Source: a virus
Lineage: Duplodnaviria; Caudoviricetes
IMG/VR virus record: IMGVR_UViG_3300021405_000017
Span: 1 to 52,547 of that record
Length of the DNA stretch: 52,547 nt
Reading direction: 5' to 3' (one strand)
The notes beneath the pieces were generated by a model. It did not search any database. It was not told the origin of the DNA and saw nothing but the letters and a program-made list of their open reading frames with translations. A program made the position numbers and the translations under genes. Shown one piece after another: positions 1 through 10,083 of the stretch (its first letter is position 1; the number at the start of each line of letters is the position of its first letter).

Positions 1-282
1 GGCATAACCTTCGCCACCGGCTGGCTTCAGAGTTGCACGTCGCGAGGCAACGGCGGCGTGGGCCTCTATTGCGACAACGGTTCCGGCATCGCTTCCTGGT
101 GGGGCACGGCGCTACAGAACGGCACCGATGTCACGGCGCAGATCGGCGCGACGATCACGTTCATCACGGAACCGGACGCCCAAGGCAACCCTATTCCCGG
201 CTTTGTGACCTGCTCGCCCCCGCCTAACACGGTCGGCAATCTCAACTCCATGGTCGCCACGGTCGCAATCGCCAGCTCTTAA
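1..282 (+). CDS. Tail fibre/tailspike protein, C-terminal fragment (5' end outside window)
   Basis: Frame 1 is open from base 1 (GITFATGWLQSCTSRGNGGVGLYCDNGS...) to TAA at 280-282. G/N/S-rich, beta-helix-like composition, upstream of other tail genes. Confidence 0.6.
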   Translation, partial: GITFATGWLQSCTSRGNGGVGLYCDNGSGIASWWGTALQNGTDVTAQIGATITFITEPDAQGNPIPGFVTCSPPPNTVGNLNSMVATVAIASS

Positions 283-299
283 AGGGACCGGATTACGAC

Positions 300-758
300 A
301 TGCAAGTCTTCATCAACCGAGCCGAATTGGCGTTCCGTGACCGGCCTATGAGGGTGCTCGGCTATCACGAGGATGGCCAGGCCATTGAGGTTTCGGCCTA
401 TGGGGCTCAAGCGACAGTTCTGTCGCTGCGCTCATCGGCGATTACCAACACGCAAACCGGGCCGGCGCTTATGCCCGGATGGCGGGAGGCCAACCGGGAG
501 CAGGTCGTACGCGGCGAGGCGGCGCGGCGCATTCTCGCGGTCTTTCCCGAACATGCGCAACGCAATGCCGCCTTGGAGCTTGGGCTCATGGCGGCCGGAG
601 GGGCGAAGGATTCGGCAAAGCGTAAGGCGGAGATCGAGCGTGCTTGGACCTATGTCAACGCCGTCCGGCAAGCCGCCAAGGCGATGGTTGGCGCACTGCC
701 GGCCGACCCGACCTCGGATAGCCATTGGCCGCCCCGCGCCGCTCCCTTCCAGGGCTGA
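300..758 (+). CDS. Putative tail fibre assembly/tail-associated protein
   Basis: 152 aa. C-terminal EAARRILAVFPEHAQRN...W..VNAVRQAA...DPTSDSHWP pattern resembles phage tail-fibre-adjacent proteins. Confidence 0.5.
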   Translation: MQVFINRAELAFRDRPMRVLGYHEDGQAIEVSAYGAQATVLSLRSSAITNTQTGPALMPGWREANREQVVRGEAARRILAVFPEHAQRNAALELGLMAAGGAKDSAKRKAEIERAWTYVNAVRQAAKAMVGALPADPTSDSHWPPRAAPFQG

Positions 759-766
759 ATGCTCTC

Positions 767-1174
767 ATGGCGATGCCGACCAATGTTCTCGCCCTGCCGC
801 TGGCGCACCTCGTCATAGAGGTTGCGAACAACGAGGATTGGATCGACACGCTTGTCTTTTTGGTCGCCGACAGCCAGCCGACGCCGCCTTACGACCAACT
901 CGATTTGCGCGGCATCAGCTTCGAAATGCACCTCAGGCGGCGACCGGAGATTCACGAGATCGTGCTCGCCGCCTCGACCGTCGAGCGGTCGCTTCTGATC
1001 GGCTCGCCGCCGAATTTCGGCTATCTGATCTTCTACGTGCCCGAGGAAACGATGCGAACGCTCTGGGCCGGCCGCTACGTCGGTGACATCGTCGCTCGCG
1101 ACGCCAGCTTTCGAGGCGGCCGAGTCGTGCTCACAATCGACCTAGAGGTCATCGAAGGGATTACACGCTCGTGA
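767..1174 (+). CDS. Phage structural hypothetical protein (BppU-like adaptor domain)
   Basis: [11 protein letters not shown]...[14 protein letters not shown]...GRYVGDIVA...EGITR; stop overlaps start of the next tail gene. Confidence 0.5.
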   Translation: MAMPTNVLALPLAHLVIEVANNEDWIDTLVFLVADSQPTPPYDQLDLRGISFEMHLRRRPEIHEIVLAASTVERSLLIGSPPNFGYLIFYVPEETMRTLWAGRYVGDIVARDASFRGGRVVLTIDLEVIEGITRS

Positions 1175-2817
1175 CCATCAAGCAAGTCATCCCCGGCGCT
1201 CTCTCGCCTCCCGGCGCCGAAATCTTCGCTGCGCCTTATGCGCCGATGGGCCCAATAATCGCCGGCACCAGCGCGACCGAGATCGACGTGCCCTCGCCGC
1301 CGACGTTCGTCCCTTTCCTGTTCGTTATGGATCAGTTCAACCTCGGCTTTCAGTCGGGGATGCGGCTTCGGGCCGCTGATACGTCCGACACTTCGAACCT
1401 CGCCGGCATCGAAGGCCACTGCCTCTCCTATAACCCAACGAGCAATGAGCTTGTGATTCTCGCCGACCTCGTCGCCGGGGCGGGCGCGCATGACGAGTGG
1501 TTTATCACCGTCGCCGGTGTTCAGGGGCCGCCGGGGCCGGAAGGGCCAGAAGGGCCGCCCGGTCCGCCGGGCGGCCCACAAGGTCCGCCTGGCAACAACG
1601 GTCCGCCCGGTCAGAACGGGATGCTGGTCGGCGACTTCGGTGACGTGGCCGACCCAACCATGCTGCCGATCGACGGTCTTCTCCCGATCGACTTCGACGG
1701 ACCGGGCAAGCCGTCTGCGCCGATCCAAATGCTCCCTGGCATGGGTCTCCTCTACACCGTCGATGGACATCAATGGACGTTCGTCTCGGATACGGTGGCG
1801 ACCGCCGGCTGGCTCGACGGCGGACAGATCCAAGGTCCGCAGGGCGAGAAGGGCGATAGGGGCGATGAGGGCGGGCCGCCTGGCCCGGAAGGCCCGATCG
1901 GCCCTCAAGGGCCGCAGGGCGACGAAGGGCCGCAGGGGCTTACCGGCCCGCCTGGGCCTCAAGGGCCGGTCGGTCCGCAAGGGCCAGATAACGGCGTCGT
2001 TAGCTTCAACACCCGCGTTGGCGCGGTGAACCTGTTGCCGCCGGATATTACCGGCGCGGGCGGGGCGTTGCTCCTGTCTCCGAACTTCATCGGAAATCCT
2101 CAAGCGCCAACTCAATTACCGGGCGATAGTTCGCAGCGCCTCGCGACGACAGAATTTGTGGGTACGGCGACCGGTCGCTTCCTGCCGCTGATCGGCGGTC
2201 AACTGACCGGACCGCTCCTGGGAACCAGCGCGAATTTTTCGGTCGGGGTGACGGTGCCGCCAGTTCTTGTCTCAGGAGCGAGCCTGATGATCGACGGCCC
2301 CGCGCCGCCATTCAGCCGTAACATCGGCGCCCAAGTCAACGGCTTGCTTCGCTGGATACTCTCGCTTGGCGATAACACAGCCGAGACCGGCTCGAATGCT
2401 GGGTCTGATCTCGTTATCTCTTGCCAGGACGATAACGGCCTGGCCCTTTATAACCCGGTGCTAAGGCTCGTTCGCGCCAGCGGCCGAGCGCTATTGCCTC
2501 GTGGGCTCAGCGTAACTGGGGGAATAGAGCTTACCTCTGGCGGCGTATCGTATCAGGATTTTTATCCGACTGGAGGTGCGTTTAGTTTTGGCTTTGCCGA
2601 CCTCGGCATTGGCGCCGGCGTCTTAGTTCGGATTGGCACTACGGTGCTTCCGGGGTACATGCAGTTTGGCCCGACCCCCAACACGCTTGCTGACTTGATC
2701 GATGAGGTCGAAGCGTTGCGAGCGCAAGCGGAAACACTACCCACCCTAACCAGGACGTTGCAAGAGGCGATGGCGCGCATCGCCTCCCTCGAGGCGCAAG
2801 TCACACCCCACCACTGA
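1171..2817 (+). CDS. Collagen-repeat tail fibre protein
   Basis: Two Gly-X-Y tracts, [11 protein letters not shown] and [18 protein letters not shown] fibre motifs, C-terminal coiled coil. Confidence 0.8.
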   Translation: MTIKQVIPGALSPPGAEIFAAPYAPMGPIIAGTSATEIDVPSPPTFVPFLFVMDQFNLGFQSGMRLRAADTSDTSNLAGIEGHCLSYNPTSNELVILADLVAGAGAHDEWFITVAGVQGPPGPEGPEGPPGPPGGPQGPPGNNGPPGQNGMLVGDFGDVADPTMLPIDGLLPIDFDGPGKPSAPIQMLPGMGLLYTVDGHQWTFVSDTVATAGWLDGGQIQGPQGEKGDRGDEGGPPGPEGPIGPQGPQGDEGPQGLTGPPGPQGPVGPQGPDNGVVSFNTRVGAVNLLPPDITGAGGALLLSPNFIGNPQAPTQLPGDSSQRLATTEFVGTATGRFLPLIGGQLTGPLLGTSANFSVGVTVPPVLVSGASLMIDGPAPPFSRNIGAQVNGLLRWILSLGDNTAETGSNAGSDLVISCQDDNGLALYNPVLRLVRASGRALLPRGLSVTGGIELTSGGVSYQDFYPTGGAFSFGFADLGIGAGVLVRIGTTVLPGYMQFGPTPNTLADLIDEVEALRAQAETLPTLTRTLQEAMARIASLEAQVTPHH

Positions 2818-2918
2818 ACAGAACGGCCCTTACGCAAGCCGTTCTGCTCGACCGGCCGGATTGGCCTGTCCTCCCGCAGCCTGTCCGGTCGGCCGAGGCC
2901 TCTCGAAAGGAGCAAGTC

Positions 2919-3371
2919 ATGGCGACTCAACTCACGCCCCATTTCACGCTTGAGGAAATGACCGACTCGCAGACGGCGGCGCGCAAGGGCCTTAACAACG
3001 TGCCGCCGGCGAACAGCCAGGAGCGGCGGAACCTGGAGCGCACCGCCGAAGTCATGGAGCAGGTGCGCGGCCTTCTCGGCGAGAAGCCGATCTTAATCAG
3101 TTCCGGCTACCGCAGCCCGCAAGTCAACGCGGCGGTCGGCGGCAGCAAAAGCAGCGCCCACATGAGCGGGCTGGCCGCCGACTTTTCATGTCCTGGCTTT
3201 GGCACGCCCAAAGCCATCTGCAAGAAGCTAGAGCCGCACATGAAGACCCTCGGCGTCGACCAGTTGATCCATGAATATGACACTTGGGTCCATCTTGGCC
3301 TGAGCGCCGGCGCGCCGCGTCACATGGCGATGACCATCAACAATTCCGGCACACAGACCGGCTTTGTTTAG
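2919..3371 (+). CDS. Endolysin, peptidase M15A (D-Ala-D-Ala carboxypeptidase-like) family
   Basis: ISSGYRSPQVNAAVGGSKSSAHMSGLAADF and WVHL Zn-binding motifs; AGGAG RBS. Confidence 0.9.
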   Translation: MATQLTPHFTLEEMTDSQTAARKGLNNVPPANSQERRNLERTAEVMEQVRGLLGEKPILISSGYRSPQVNAAVGGSKSSAHMSGLAADFSCPGFGTPKAICKKLEPHMKTLGVDQLIHEYDTWVHLGLSAGAPRHMAMTINNSGTQTGFV

Positions 3372-3372
3372 G

Positions 3373-3672
3373 ATGACCCTCGCCGAGCTTCCACCAGTTC
3401 CGAAGATCCTCGACTATCCGAGCTTGGCTTCGGTGGTCGCGGTCGTGGCGGGGACGACTGTTATGCTGATCGTCACCAAGCATTTTGACCCGACCGGCGG
3501 GCCGCTGGCCATTTCAATGATCGTGGTCTTATCGATGGTCGGCGTGATCGCCTTCTCGCTCTTGTTCAACATCCCATCCGACGACGAGGTCACCCCGGCG
3601 GTTGTCGGCGGCCTGGTCGCGGCGTTCGGCGGGGTGGTCGCCTATTGGCTCGGGCGAGGCGGGCAAAAATAA
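3373..3672 (+). CDS. Putative holin (3 transmembrane helices)
   Basis: Three hydrophobic segments; directly follows the endolysin. Confidence 0.6.
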   Translation: MTLAELPPVPKILDYPSLASVVAVVAGTTVMLIVTKHFDPTGGPLAISMIVVLSMVGVIAFSLLFNIPSDDEVTPAVVGGLVAAFGGVVAYWLGRGGQK

Positions 3673-3748
3673 AAGAGCCCGCTATAGCGCAATCGTCATA
3701 GGAATCGCATAAGTTGCTTCTCCGCCAACCCCTCAAAAGGAGGAAACA

Positions 3749-4264
3749 ATGCCGAGAGTAAAAGGCTTTCTACGAATCATTGGTCGTCGCGGCCACCGGC
3801 CCGACCAGGGCTTGCCTGGCGAGGAAGACCTCACCGACCCGGATTATGGCATTGATGAAGGCGAACTTCCCGAAGTAGAGCCGCCCGATCCACCGGCCGG
3901 CATCTGGCCGCCGTTGACGCCAGAGCATCCGTGGCGACCTATCCCATCATGGCCGGAACGTCCGGGGCATGGACTGCCGCCCGGCTCTCCCCCTGCTGGC
4001 GGCGTCGGAGGGCGTCCGCCGGACCGTCCCGTTCCCGGCGAACCCGATGAGGAACTGCCGCCCGGAAGCATCTGGCCGCCCCTGCCGCCCGGCGTCCACG
4101 GCAAGTTCCTCGCATTGGTGCTGATCGGAGGCGGCGGACGCGGCGCGCACTACCGCTACGTCGTCATCGACGCCGACGCACTCCCCGCGCCGCCAGCCGG
4201 CGGCATTGGCGGCCGGCCGCCGGAGAGGCCAGGCCCCGGGCCAGGGCCGACGCCGAAGCTGTAA
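3749..4264 (+). CDS. Proline-rich hypothetical protein with duplicated PPxxIWPPL and GGxGGRPP motifs
   Basis: Strong AGGAGG RBS, internal repeats, followed by a terminator. Confidence 0.7.
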   Translation: MPRVKGFLRIIGRRGHRPDQGLPGEEDLTDPDYGIDEGELPEVEPPDPPAGIWPPLTPEHPWRPIPSWPERPGHGLPPGSPPAGGVGGRPPDRPVPGEPDEELPPGSIWPPLPPGVHGKFLALVLIGGGGRGAHYRYVVIDADALPAPPAGGIGGRPPERPGPGPGPTPKL

Positions 4265-4317
4265 AAAAGGACCGTCCCACGGTCCCGAGAGCCGCTGGTT
4301 CGCCAGCGGCTTTTTTT
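4263..4317. terminator. Back-to-back intrinsic terminators between convergent operons
   Basis: A-tract + GGACCGT-ccc-ACGGTCC (minus-strand terminator), then AGCCGCTGG-TTCG-CCAGCGGCT + T-tract (plus-strand terminator). Confidence 0.85.
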
Positions 4318-4903
4318 ATGCGCTCGATCCAGTCTTCTTGACGAACATTTTATTGCCGCAGCGATTGCACGTGACCTCGCTGAATTCGCTCACCGGCAAC
4401 GAGGCGGTCGCCCGTACGTCGGCATCGCTGATAAAGGGCCTCCCGTCCTCGCCTCCGCCTTGCCCTTCACCCGCCGCGGCCGGCTCGCCCGTTACATCCG
4501 GCGCCCGGCGGCGATTGTCGGCAAGCTGAAAATCGAGCGTCCCGAGATCAAAGGCGAAGTCCAGGTTGAGGCTCGCCAGCTCACCCCCTAACAGCTCCTG
4601 ATCCCAGGTCGAGAACTCCTGCACCTTGTTGTCGGCGAGGCGATCGAACTTGACCGTCTCCGGGTCCGCGTCGGTGTAGACGCAGGGGATCTCCGCCATC
4701 TTGAGCCGCACCGCCGCTTTCCAGCGGGTGTGTCCCTTGACGATCACGTTATCGCGGTCGAGCACCAGCGGCACGTTGAAGCCGACCTTAGGGATCAGCT
4801 CGACCAGCTTGCCGACCGTGACGTCATTGTTGCGGACGTTGCGATGGTACGGCTTGATCTTCCGCGTCTCGACCATCACCAATTGGCTGACTGTATCTAC
4901 CAC
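4316..4903 (-). CDS. ParB/Srx N-terminal domain protein
   Basis: IKPYHRNVR...GFNVPLVLD...IVKGHTRWKAA...RLADNK ParB motifs; C-terminal CxxC. Confidence 0.85.
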   Translation of the reverse strand: MVDTVSQLVMVETRKIKPYHRNVRNNDVTVGKLVELIPKVGFNVPLVLDRDNVIVKGHTRWKAAVRLKMAEIPCVYTDADPETVKFDRLADNKVQEFSTWDQELLGGELASLNLDFAFDLGTLDFQLADNRRRAPDVTGEPAAAGEGQGGGEDGRPFISDADVRATASLPVSEFSEVTCNRCGNKMFVKKTGSSA

Positions 4904-5451
4904 GGGCGCGGCCCTTTACGGATAATGCAGTAGGCGAGCATCGGGATGTGCTCGATCAGCTTGGGAAGCTCGACCTCGACGTCCGGATAGTCGGCCCGGT
5001 CGAAGCCGACCAGGAGCTTGTTGGGGCCGGTCTGAGGGAGGCGGAGATCGCGTGCGACCTGGTGCGGCGACCAGGTGTCGAGGATGATCGCCAGGCCTGG
5101 CCGGAAGAGCGGCATCTCAGCCAGGTCATCCTCGAGGCCGTGGACGATGAAGCCGTCATTGTGCAACTGGATTTGCAGCGCGTAACGGGTGGCGCCGGGA
5201 TCAGTGTGCATCGGATAGCCGCCGCGCGTGCACAGGAAATGCGGGCTGGTCCCTTCCTTCCCGGCCTTGTGCCCGAAGGTCTTGAGGCGCGTCGAGGCGC
5301 GCTGGTCGCCCCAAAAATCGTAGAACCATTCCGGATTGAGCGCGGGCAGGGCGACGACATCGCCGTAGCCCAGCTCCTCGAGCGCGCCGTGCCACAAGAT
5401 CGGATGGCCGGTCTGATCGCCGCTGAGCGCCGCGCCCTTCTTCCAATCCAT
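4897..5451 (-). CDS. Putative Fe(II)/2-oxoglutarate dioxygenase-fold protein
   Basis: YPMHTD (HxD) and a distal H in ILDTWSPHQV, spaced like a double-stranded beta-helix metal site. Inference from motifs only. Confidence 0.45.
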   Translation of the reverse strand: MDWKKGAALSGDQTGHPILWHGALEELGYGDVVALPALNPEWFYDFWGDQRASTRLKTFGHKAGKEGTSPHFLCTRGGYPMHTDPGATRYALQIQLHNDGFIVHGLEDDLAEMPLFRPGLAIILDTWSPHQVARDLRLPQTGPNKLLVGFDRADYPDVEVELPKLIEHIPMLAYCIIRKGPRPW

Positions 5452-5456
5452 CGCCG

Positions 5457-6059
5457 CTACTCCTCGCCCTTAGCCGCCTCTCCCTCGTATTTGAGCCGCT
5501 CTTCGATCTGGCGGTTGGTCTCCATCGCCGGCGAATAATCGCCGCCTTGGAAGAACTTCGCGTAGCCGGTGATATGCTTGAGCCGGATCAGCTCCTGCTT
5601 TTCCAGGCCCAGCTCTTCGCACACCCGCTGATCGCTCCAGCCGTTCGCCAGCATCTCGACCACCAGCGCGCTCATGCCGTCGATCGAATGTTTGCCGCGC
5701 GCCCGGTTGTGGCGAATCGTACTCGCCATGCGGTCATTGACGCCCTTGTCGATGACGACGATCGGCAGGAGGCCGTGGTTCTTCTCGTAAATGTCCGGAT
5801 AGCGCTTCATCACGCTGTAGCGGTGGAAGCCGTCTACGATCACGTAGCGATCGCGCTTCGGGTCATAAACCGTGACCACGGGCTGGGTGTAACCATCGTG
5901 CTTGATCGAGACATAAAGAAGCTGCATCTCCATCAGCGCGACGCTGTTCGGATTATAGTCGTTGGCGTAGACCTTTTCGATCGGCGCCCACAGCACGCGG
6001 CTGACCGGATTGTGGGACATGTCGAACGCCGAGGTCGCCAGGACTTGCTCATCGGTCAT
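5457..6059 (-). CDS. ibrB: IbrB/YbdM-like ParB-domain protein
   Basis: ANDYNPN, DGYTQP, IVDGFHR and RMASTIRHNRARGKH signature motifs. Confidence 0.9.
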   Translation of the reverse strand: MTDEQVLATSAFDMSHNPVSRVLWAPIEKVYANDYNPNSVALMEMQLLYVSIKHDGYTQPVVTVYDPKRDRYVIVDGFHRYSVMKRYPDIYEKNHGLLPIVVIDKGVNDRMASTIRHNRARGKHSIDGMSALVVEMLANGWSDQRVCEELGLEKQELIRLKHITGYAKFFQGGDYSPAMETNRQIEERLKYEGEAAKGEE

Positions 6060-6255
6060 GATCGAATTCGCCTTCCTTGGCTCGCCTCGCTAGATCGTCA
6101 TGGCCCGCGGCTTCCAGCTCCCTGACGAGCTGGATCATGGGGAAGGTGAACGGCGAAGCGAAATCCGAATAAGCGCCGGCCTCGGCCGCCTTGGCCATAT
6201 CCTCGAGGCCGGCCTCGCGCAGCGCCTCGAGCAGCGCCTGTTTGCCGTCAGACAT
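6049..6255 (-). CDS. Hypothetical protein
   Basis: Short ORF overlapping neighbouring genes in the operon. Confidence 0.6.
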   Translation of the reverse strand: MSDGKQALLEALREAGLEDMAKAAEAGAYSDFASPFTFPMIQLVRELEAAGHDDLARRAKEGEFDHDR

Positions 6256-7390
6256 GGCCATCCGGGGCGTCGGCCGCGAGCCGGCGCGCCTCTTTGCGCT
6301 GCTCGTACAGGCCGCCGGGGACGCGCCGGTCCTCCATCTTGAAGCGGGTCCGGGCGTTCTGGTTCAGCGTCCCGTCCAGGTCGTTGATCAGGATCTCCTT
6401 GACGTGCACCCGATGCCAACGGTCCTGGTCTTGGTTCGCCCATCGGTTGCGGAAGCGCTGGCGGTGCTCGGGCTCGGTCAGGTTCTCCAACAGGTAATCG
6501 CGATAGTCGCGCCAGTTGGCGAAATGCGCCGGCAGCTTATCCGGCATGATCTGGCGCTCAAAGTGGTTGAAGCAATTCACCCCTTCGACCCGCCCGAGAT
6601 AGCGGTTGTACATCTCGGGCTCCGTCTCCTGCAGCTGCTCGATCGAGTGCCAAGCGGTTTCGTGGATCAGCGCTGAAACCCGCATCTCCCGGCCGGTCTT
6701 GCCGAACTTGTAGAAGGCGTCATAAACCCGATTGTAGGGCCAGCCGTGGTTGGCGATCGCCGTCCAGATATCGCGGTCGAGCCAGTCATAGATCGGCCAG
6801 AAGACGCGCGTGTTCGCGAGCGTCTTCCGGCACCAAGTGATCCCTTTGAAGTGGGGTTTCTTCTCGGTCATGGTCAGCCGCCGGACCGAGCTTTCCATCG
6901 CCCGCATGCCGACCAGCACGGCTACGTGTTGCTTGCCAACACAATCGCATTGCGAGGGCAGGCGCTCGATCAGATCATGAAACCGATCGTAGGCCGGGAT
7001 CGGGTTCACCTTGATCGAGATCGGGTCTTGCTCGCGAATCCATTTCTCCCGGTCGGCCTCCGCCCAGCAGCTGAGAAAGTTGTTGCTGAATGACAGGCTG
7101 TTCGACAGCCGGAACGGGATTTGAAACCAGAAAGGCCGGACGTCGGGCTCGCGCATGACCGCGGCCATGTAAGTCCCGGTCGCCTTCCACTCGGCCTCCT
7201 GATCGAGCCAGAACACTTTCACCGGCAGCCGGCCGCGCTCGGCGGCGATGACTCGAGTGAGCTCGAACAGGACAGTCGAATCCTTGCCGCCGCTCATGGA
7301 GACGACGACGTCGTCGCAATTGTCGTAGATGAAGCGGATGCGTTCCTGCGCCGCCTCAAAGACCGATTTCGTCGAGAAGTTTTGTGTCAT
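6248..7390 (-). CDS. ibrA: IbrA/YbdN-like PAPS reductase family (PP-loop) protein
   Basis: SMSGGKDS PP-loop, LDQEAEW, VGMRAMES, PIYDW, MRVSALIHE. Confidence 0.9.
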   Translation of the reverse strand: MTQNFSTKSVFEAAQERIRFIYDNCDDVVVSMSGGKDSTVLFELTRVIAAERGRLPVKVFWLDQEAEWKATGTYMAAVMREPDVRPFWFQIPFRLSNSLSFSNNFLSCWAEADREKWIREQDPISIKVNPIPAYDRFHDLIERLPSQCDCVGKQHVAVLVGMRAMESSVRRLTMTEKKPHFKGITWCRKTLANTRVFWPIYDWLDRDIWTAIANHGWPYNRVYDAFYKFGKTGREMRVSALIHETAWHSIEQLQETEPEMYNRYLGRVEGVNCFNHFERQIMPDKLPAHFANWRDYRDYLLENLTEPEHRQRFRNRWANQDQDRWHRVHVKEILINDLDGTLNQNARTRFKMEDRRVPGGLYEQRKEARRLAADAPDGHV

Positions 7391-7646
7391 CGTCGACCTT
7401 GGCCCGATTGATGATCTGGCACCTGGGCAGGTCGTCGGGCATCGCCCAGTATTTAAAGCCGTCGCCGGCGTACCAGTAGCGAAAGGTCCGCCGGCCCCAC
7501 CGTTCGTCTAGGCCGTTTTGCCTGATGGTGTGAAACAGCGCGACGAAATCCGCCTCGTTCTCCGCCGTCCGCACCGTATAGAAGTGCGGAATCTGCGGCA
7601 TGGTCTTGGCGAACTTAAAGGTCAGTCGGTCGAGGAAGTCCGTCAT
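7356..7646 (-). CDS. Conserved hypothetical protein in the ibrAB cluster
   Basis: FAKTMPQIPHFY...YWYAGDGFKYWAM...IINR; overlaps ibrA. Confidence 0.7.
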   Translation of the reverse strand: MTDFLDRLTFKFAKTMPQIPHFYTVRTAENEADFVALFHTIRQNGLDERWGRRTFRYWYAGDGFKYWAMPDDLPRCQIINRAKVDDDTKLLDEIGL

Positions 7647-8169
7647 GGCGCGGTAGGTTTACACAGGTTTGGCGCGGCCTGGCAAAGTAGCCAAATCGCC
7701 GGCGCGCCGTCCCGAAGGTCAGGTAGCACAAAGGGGTTAACGAGTGTCGCCTCGTCGACCGTTGGGGCGGGCGCCGCGGGCGGCGGCGGAGGGATTTCAG
7801 AGTCGTTTCGACTCTGATTATCGGCGACGCGTCGGACGGCCGGCGGGCGAAACCGCGGCAGCCGGCTCACCGGTCGGACATAGGCCTGCGCCAGCGCCGA
7901 TCGCGCGCTCACGCACTCGTCGAGGCGGACGCGCCAGATCTCACCGAAAGCACAGTGGGCGGCCGTCGCCGGCGCCGGGGCGAGCGCCGTCATAAACGCA
8001 CACAGAGGCCCCAGGACAGGCCTCGCCCGTTTTGGGCTATGGCAGCGCCCGGCCAGGCCCCGGCCCGGATCTGCGGCCCGCGCCGCCCCGACAAATTCCA
8101 ATTCGGCCCGGCGGGGGCAATGTTCCCACAGGAAGCCGCAGGGGCAACGCTCAGAGCGGAAGGGCCGGG

Positions 8170-8862
8170 TCATGCCGCGGCGCCCTCGGGAGGCGGCTGA
8201 TAGGGAACGCCGTCGACGCTCCAGGCGCCGCCGAGCTGGTGGATCCTATTAACCAGGACCGCCAGCCGCGCCGGATTCAACTCGACGCCGCAGAACGGCC
8301 GGCCGGCCTGATAGGCGGCGATCCCCACGGCGCCGCGGCCCATGCACAGGTCGGCGATCGTCGCGTAACGCTCGCGCTGACAGATCTGGACGATGATGTC
8401 TTGCTCGTCCAAGCCGCTATAGTCGGCCGGCGACGGCTCAGCCCCGCCGCGCACGACAAAGCAGGGGTTCCGCTTGTAGTAGGTCGCCGGATAGGTGTCG
8501 ACGAAGGCGAACCGCGCGCGCAGCTCGCCGGTGACCTCTTGAACATGTTGCTTGCCGATTTCGACATAGCAGGTCGCCGGCGCAATCCGGTCGATGCGGG
8601 CGAACAGCGCATGGAGGAACTTGTCGAAGCCGTGGGGATTACGCGCCAGGTTGGCCTTCGAGCGAAAGCCGTTTTCGAGCGCCGCGTTGTAGGGCGGATC
8701 GACGAACACGCAATCAGCTTCCGTCATGAAGTCCGGCAACCCGTCATAAAGATCGTTGACCATCACCCGGCCGAGCCCGCACGCCCACAGCTGACCGGGC
8801 TTGAGCGGAAAGCGGTCGACGCTGCCGTCGTATCTCCAGGCCGCCTTGATGCGCTCAGACAT
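8170..8862 (-). CDS. DNA methyltransferase-like protein (N6-adenine/N4-cytosine, beta-type motif order)
   Basis: FVDPPY catalytic motif precedes the IADLCMGRG...GVELNP SAM-binding motif. Confidence 0.8.
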   Translation of the reverse strand: MSERIKAAWRYDGSVDRFPLKPGQLWACGLGRVMVNDLYDGLPDFMTEADCVFVDPPYNAALENGFRSKANLARNPHGFDKFLHALFARIDRIAPATCYVEIGKQHVQEVTGELRARFAFVDTYPATYYKRNPCFVVRGGAEPSPADYSGLDEQDIIVQICQRERYATIADLCMGRGAVGIAAYQAGRPFCGVELNPARLAVLVNRIHQLGGAWSVDGVPYQPPPEGAAA

Positions 8863-9076
8863 TCGCTTCTCGCCCTCTCGCGTCGAAGCCCCACCAGTCT
8901 ACCATGCAGCGGTCGCAAAACCGCGCCCCTGAGCCGTCCTCTTTCCAGATCATCAGCGGCACGTCGCCCTCGCTGATCTGCACGTGGCAATAGGCGCAGA
9001 ACGGCCGCGGCGGGCTGTCCGGCCGGCCCCACGACACCCGGCCCCAATCGAAGTCCGGCCGCGGCTCTAATGTCAT
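8855..9076 (-). CDS. Small zinc-finger hypothetical protein
   Basis: CAYC...CDRC pairs; coupled start/stop. Confidence 0.55.
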   Translation of the reverse strand: MTLEPRPDFDWGRVSWGRPDSPPRPFCAYCHVQISEGDVPLMIWKEDGSGARFCDRCMVDWWGFDARGREANV

Positions 9077-9399
9077 TCCTCGGTCCCCGGCGTCAGGCCG
9101 CGAACGATCTCGAAAATCTTTCGGATTGCGGCGCCGTCCTGGGCGGAGCATGTCCTGCGGCCGAGCCGAGCCCGGTGGCGGGCGACTGTTTCGATCACGT
9201 CCGCAAGCGCCGCGTCGACATCGCGCTGGCGCTGCGCCTCCGCCTCCGCCTTCTGGCGGGCCACGTCCTCGAGCCGGCGCGCGTCCGGCTCGTGAATCGC
9301 GAGCGCGGTCTGCACCGCCGCCGTTCCGATCGCGTCGGCGAGCGAGTCGATCTCCGCCAGGTCAGCGGCGGACATCGCGTGTCTGAGTTGGTCGTTCAT
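9073..9399 (-). CDS. Hypothetical protein
   Basis: ATG with GGAGG RBS; helical Ala-rich ORF. Confidence 0.55.
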   Translation of the reverse strand: MNDQLRHAMSAADLAEIDSLADAIGTAAVQTALAIHEPDARRLEDVARQKAEAEAQRQRDVDAALADVIETVARHRARLGRRTCSAQDGAAIRKIFEIVRGLTPGTEE

Positions 9400-9427
9400 T
9401 GGGTTCGCCTCCTCCTGGCCATCGTTT

Positions 9428-9479
9428 AAAAAAACCGCCGCCGGACTGGGCTGGGGGGCAGTTATCCGTCCGGCGGCGG
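9428..9479 (-). terminator. Intra-operon intrinsic terminator/attenuator
   Basis: 12-bp perfect stem CCGCCGCCGGAC/GTCCGGCGGCGG followed by a U-tract on the minus strand. Confidence 0.7.
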
Positions 9480-9505
9480 CTTCCCCGAGCACGGGGGGAA
9501 GCTCG

Positions 9506-9796
9506 TTAAATCCAACTCTCCACAACCTGCGGCTGGTCGCCTTCCTGCCGGCAGATGTTGGTCAGGCCGGCGCGCCGGAAAACCTCGCGCAGCTCCTCGA
9601 GGTCGCCGATCAGCGAATGATCGGTGGCGATCGTCTCACCGCCGCCGACTTCGAACCGGCGGGCGATGTGTCCATGCGGATAGTCAGTCGGCCGATCGTA
9701 GATCGTCCAGATGGTCAGGTTGCCGCGCTTGATCGCATTACTCTGAACCATCAAGACGCCGTAGGCCGCGTCTTCCATGGAGTGCCCTTCGATCAT
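9506..9796 (-). CDS. Conserved phage hypothetical protein
   Basis: WTIYDRPTDYPHGHIARRF...DQPQVVESWI. Confidence 0.7.
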   Translation of the reverse strand: MIEGHSMEDAAYGVLMVQSNAIKRGNLTIWTIYDRPTDYPHGHIARRFEVGGGETIATDHSLIGDLEELREVFRRAGLTNICRQEGDQPQVVESWI

Positions 9797-10083
9797 TTGG
9801 CCTTTCCCTTGCCGAAGCGTTGAAATGCGGTGCTGAATGCGACGGCGTCGAGCATGCGCTTGTCGCCGGCGATCACCTTGAGCGTCTCGTCGGAAGGCTC
9901 AGCCAGCCGTTCGCCGGTCCATTCCATGACGTGCGAGCAGTAGGCGCATACTAAGACGTCGCCCGGCTCAGGCACGCGGTCGGCGTAAAGCGAGCCCGCG
10001 CCGGTCAGCGGTTTGCCGCAATTCAGGCATGCGCCCTGATCGATGCGCGCGGACTGATAACCGGGGCCGATGCGGTGGGTCAT
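9793..10083 (-). CDS. Zinc-finger hypothetical protein
   Basis: CLNC...CAYC; ATGA overlap with neighbour. Confidence 0.6.
   Translation of the reverse strand: MTHRIGPGYQSARIDQGACLNCGKPLTGAGSLYADRVPEPGDVLVCAYCSHVMEWTGERLAEPSDETLKVIAGDKRMLDAVAFSTAFQRFGKGKAK

Noticed and set aside
1171-2817. Diversity-generating retroelement or the G/C-periodic tracts as additional guide arrays
   Set aside because: No reverse transcriptase or TR/VR pair is seen. The periodicity here and at 46.4-46.9 kb is 9-nt collagen Gly-X-Y coding.
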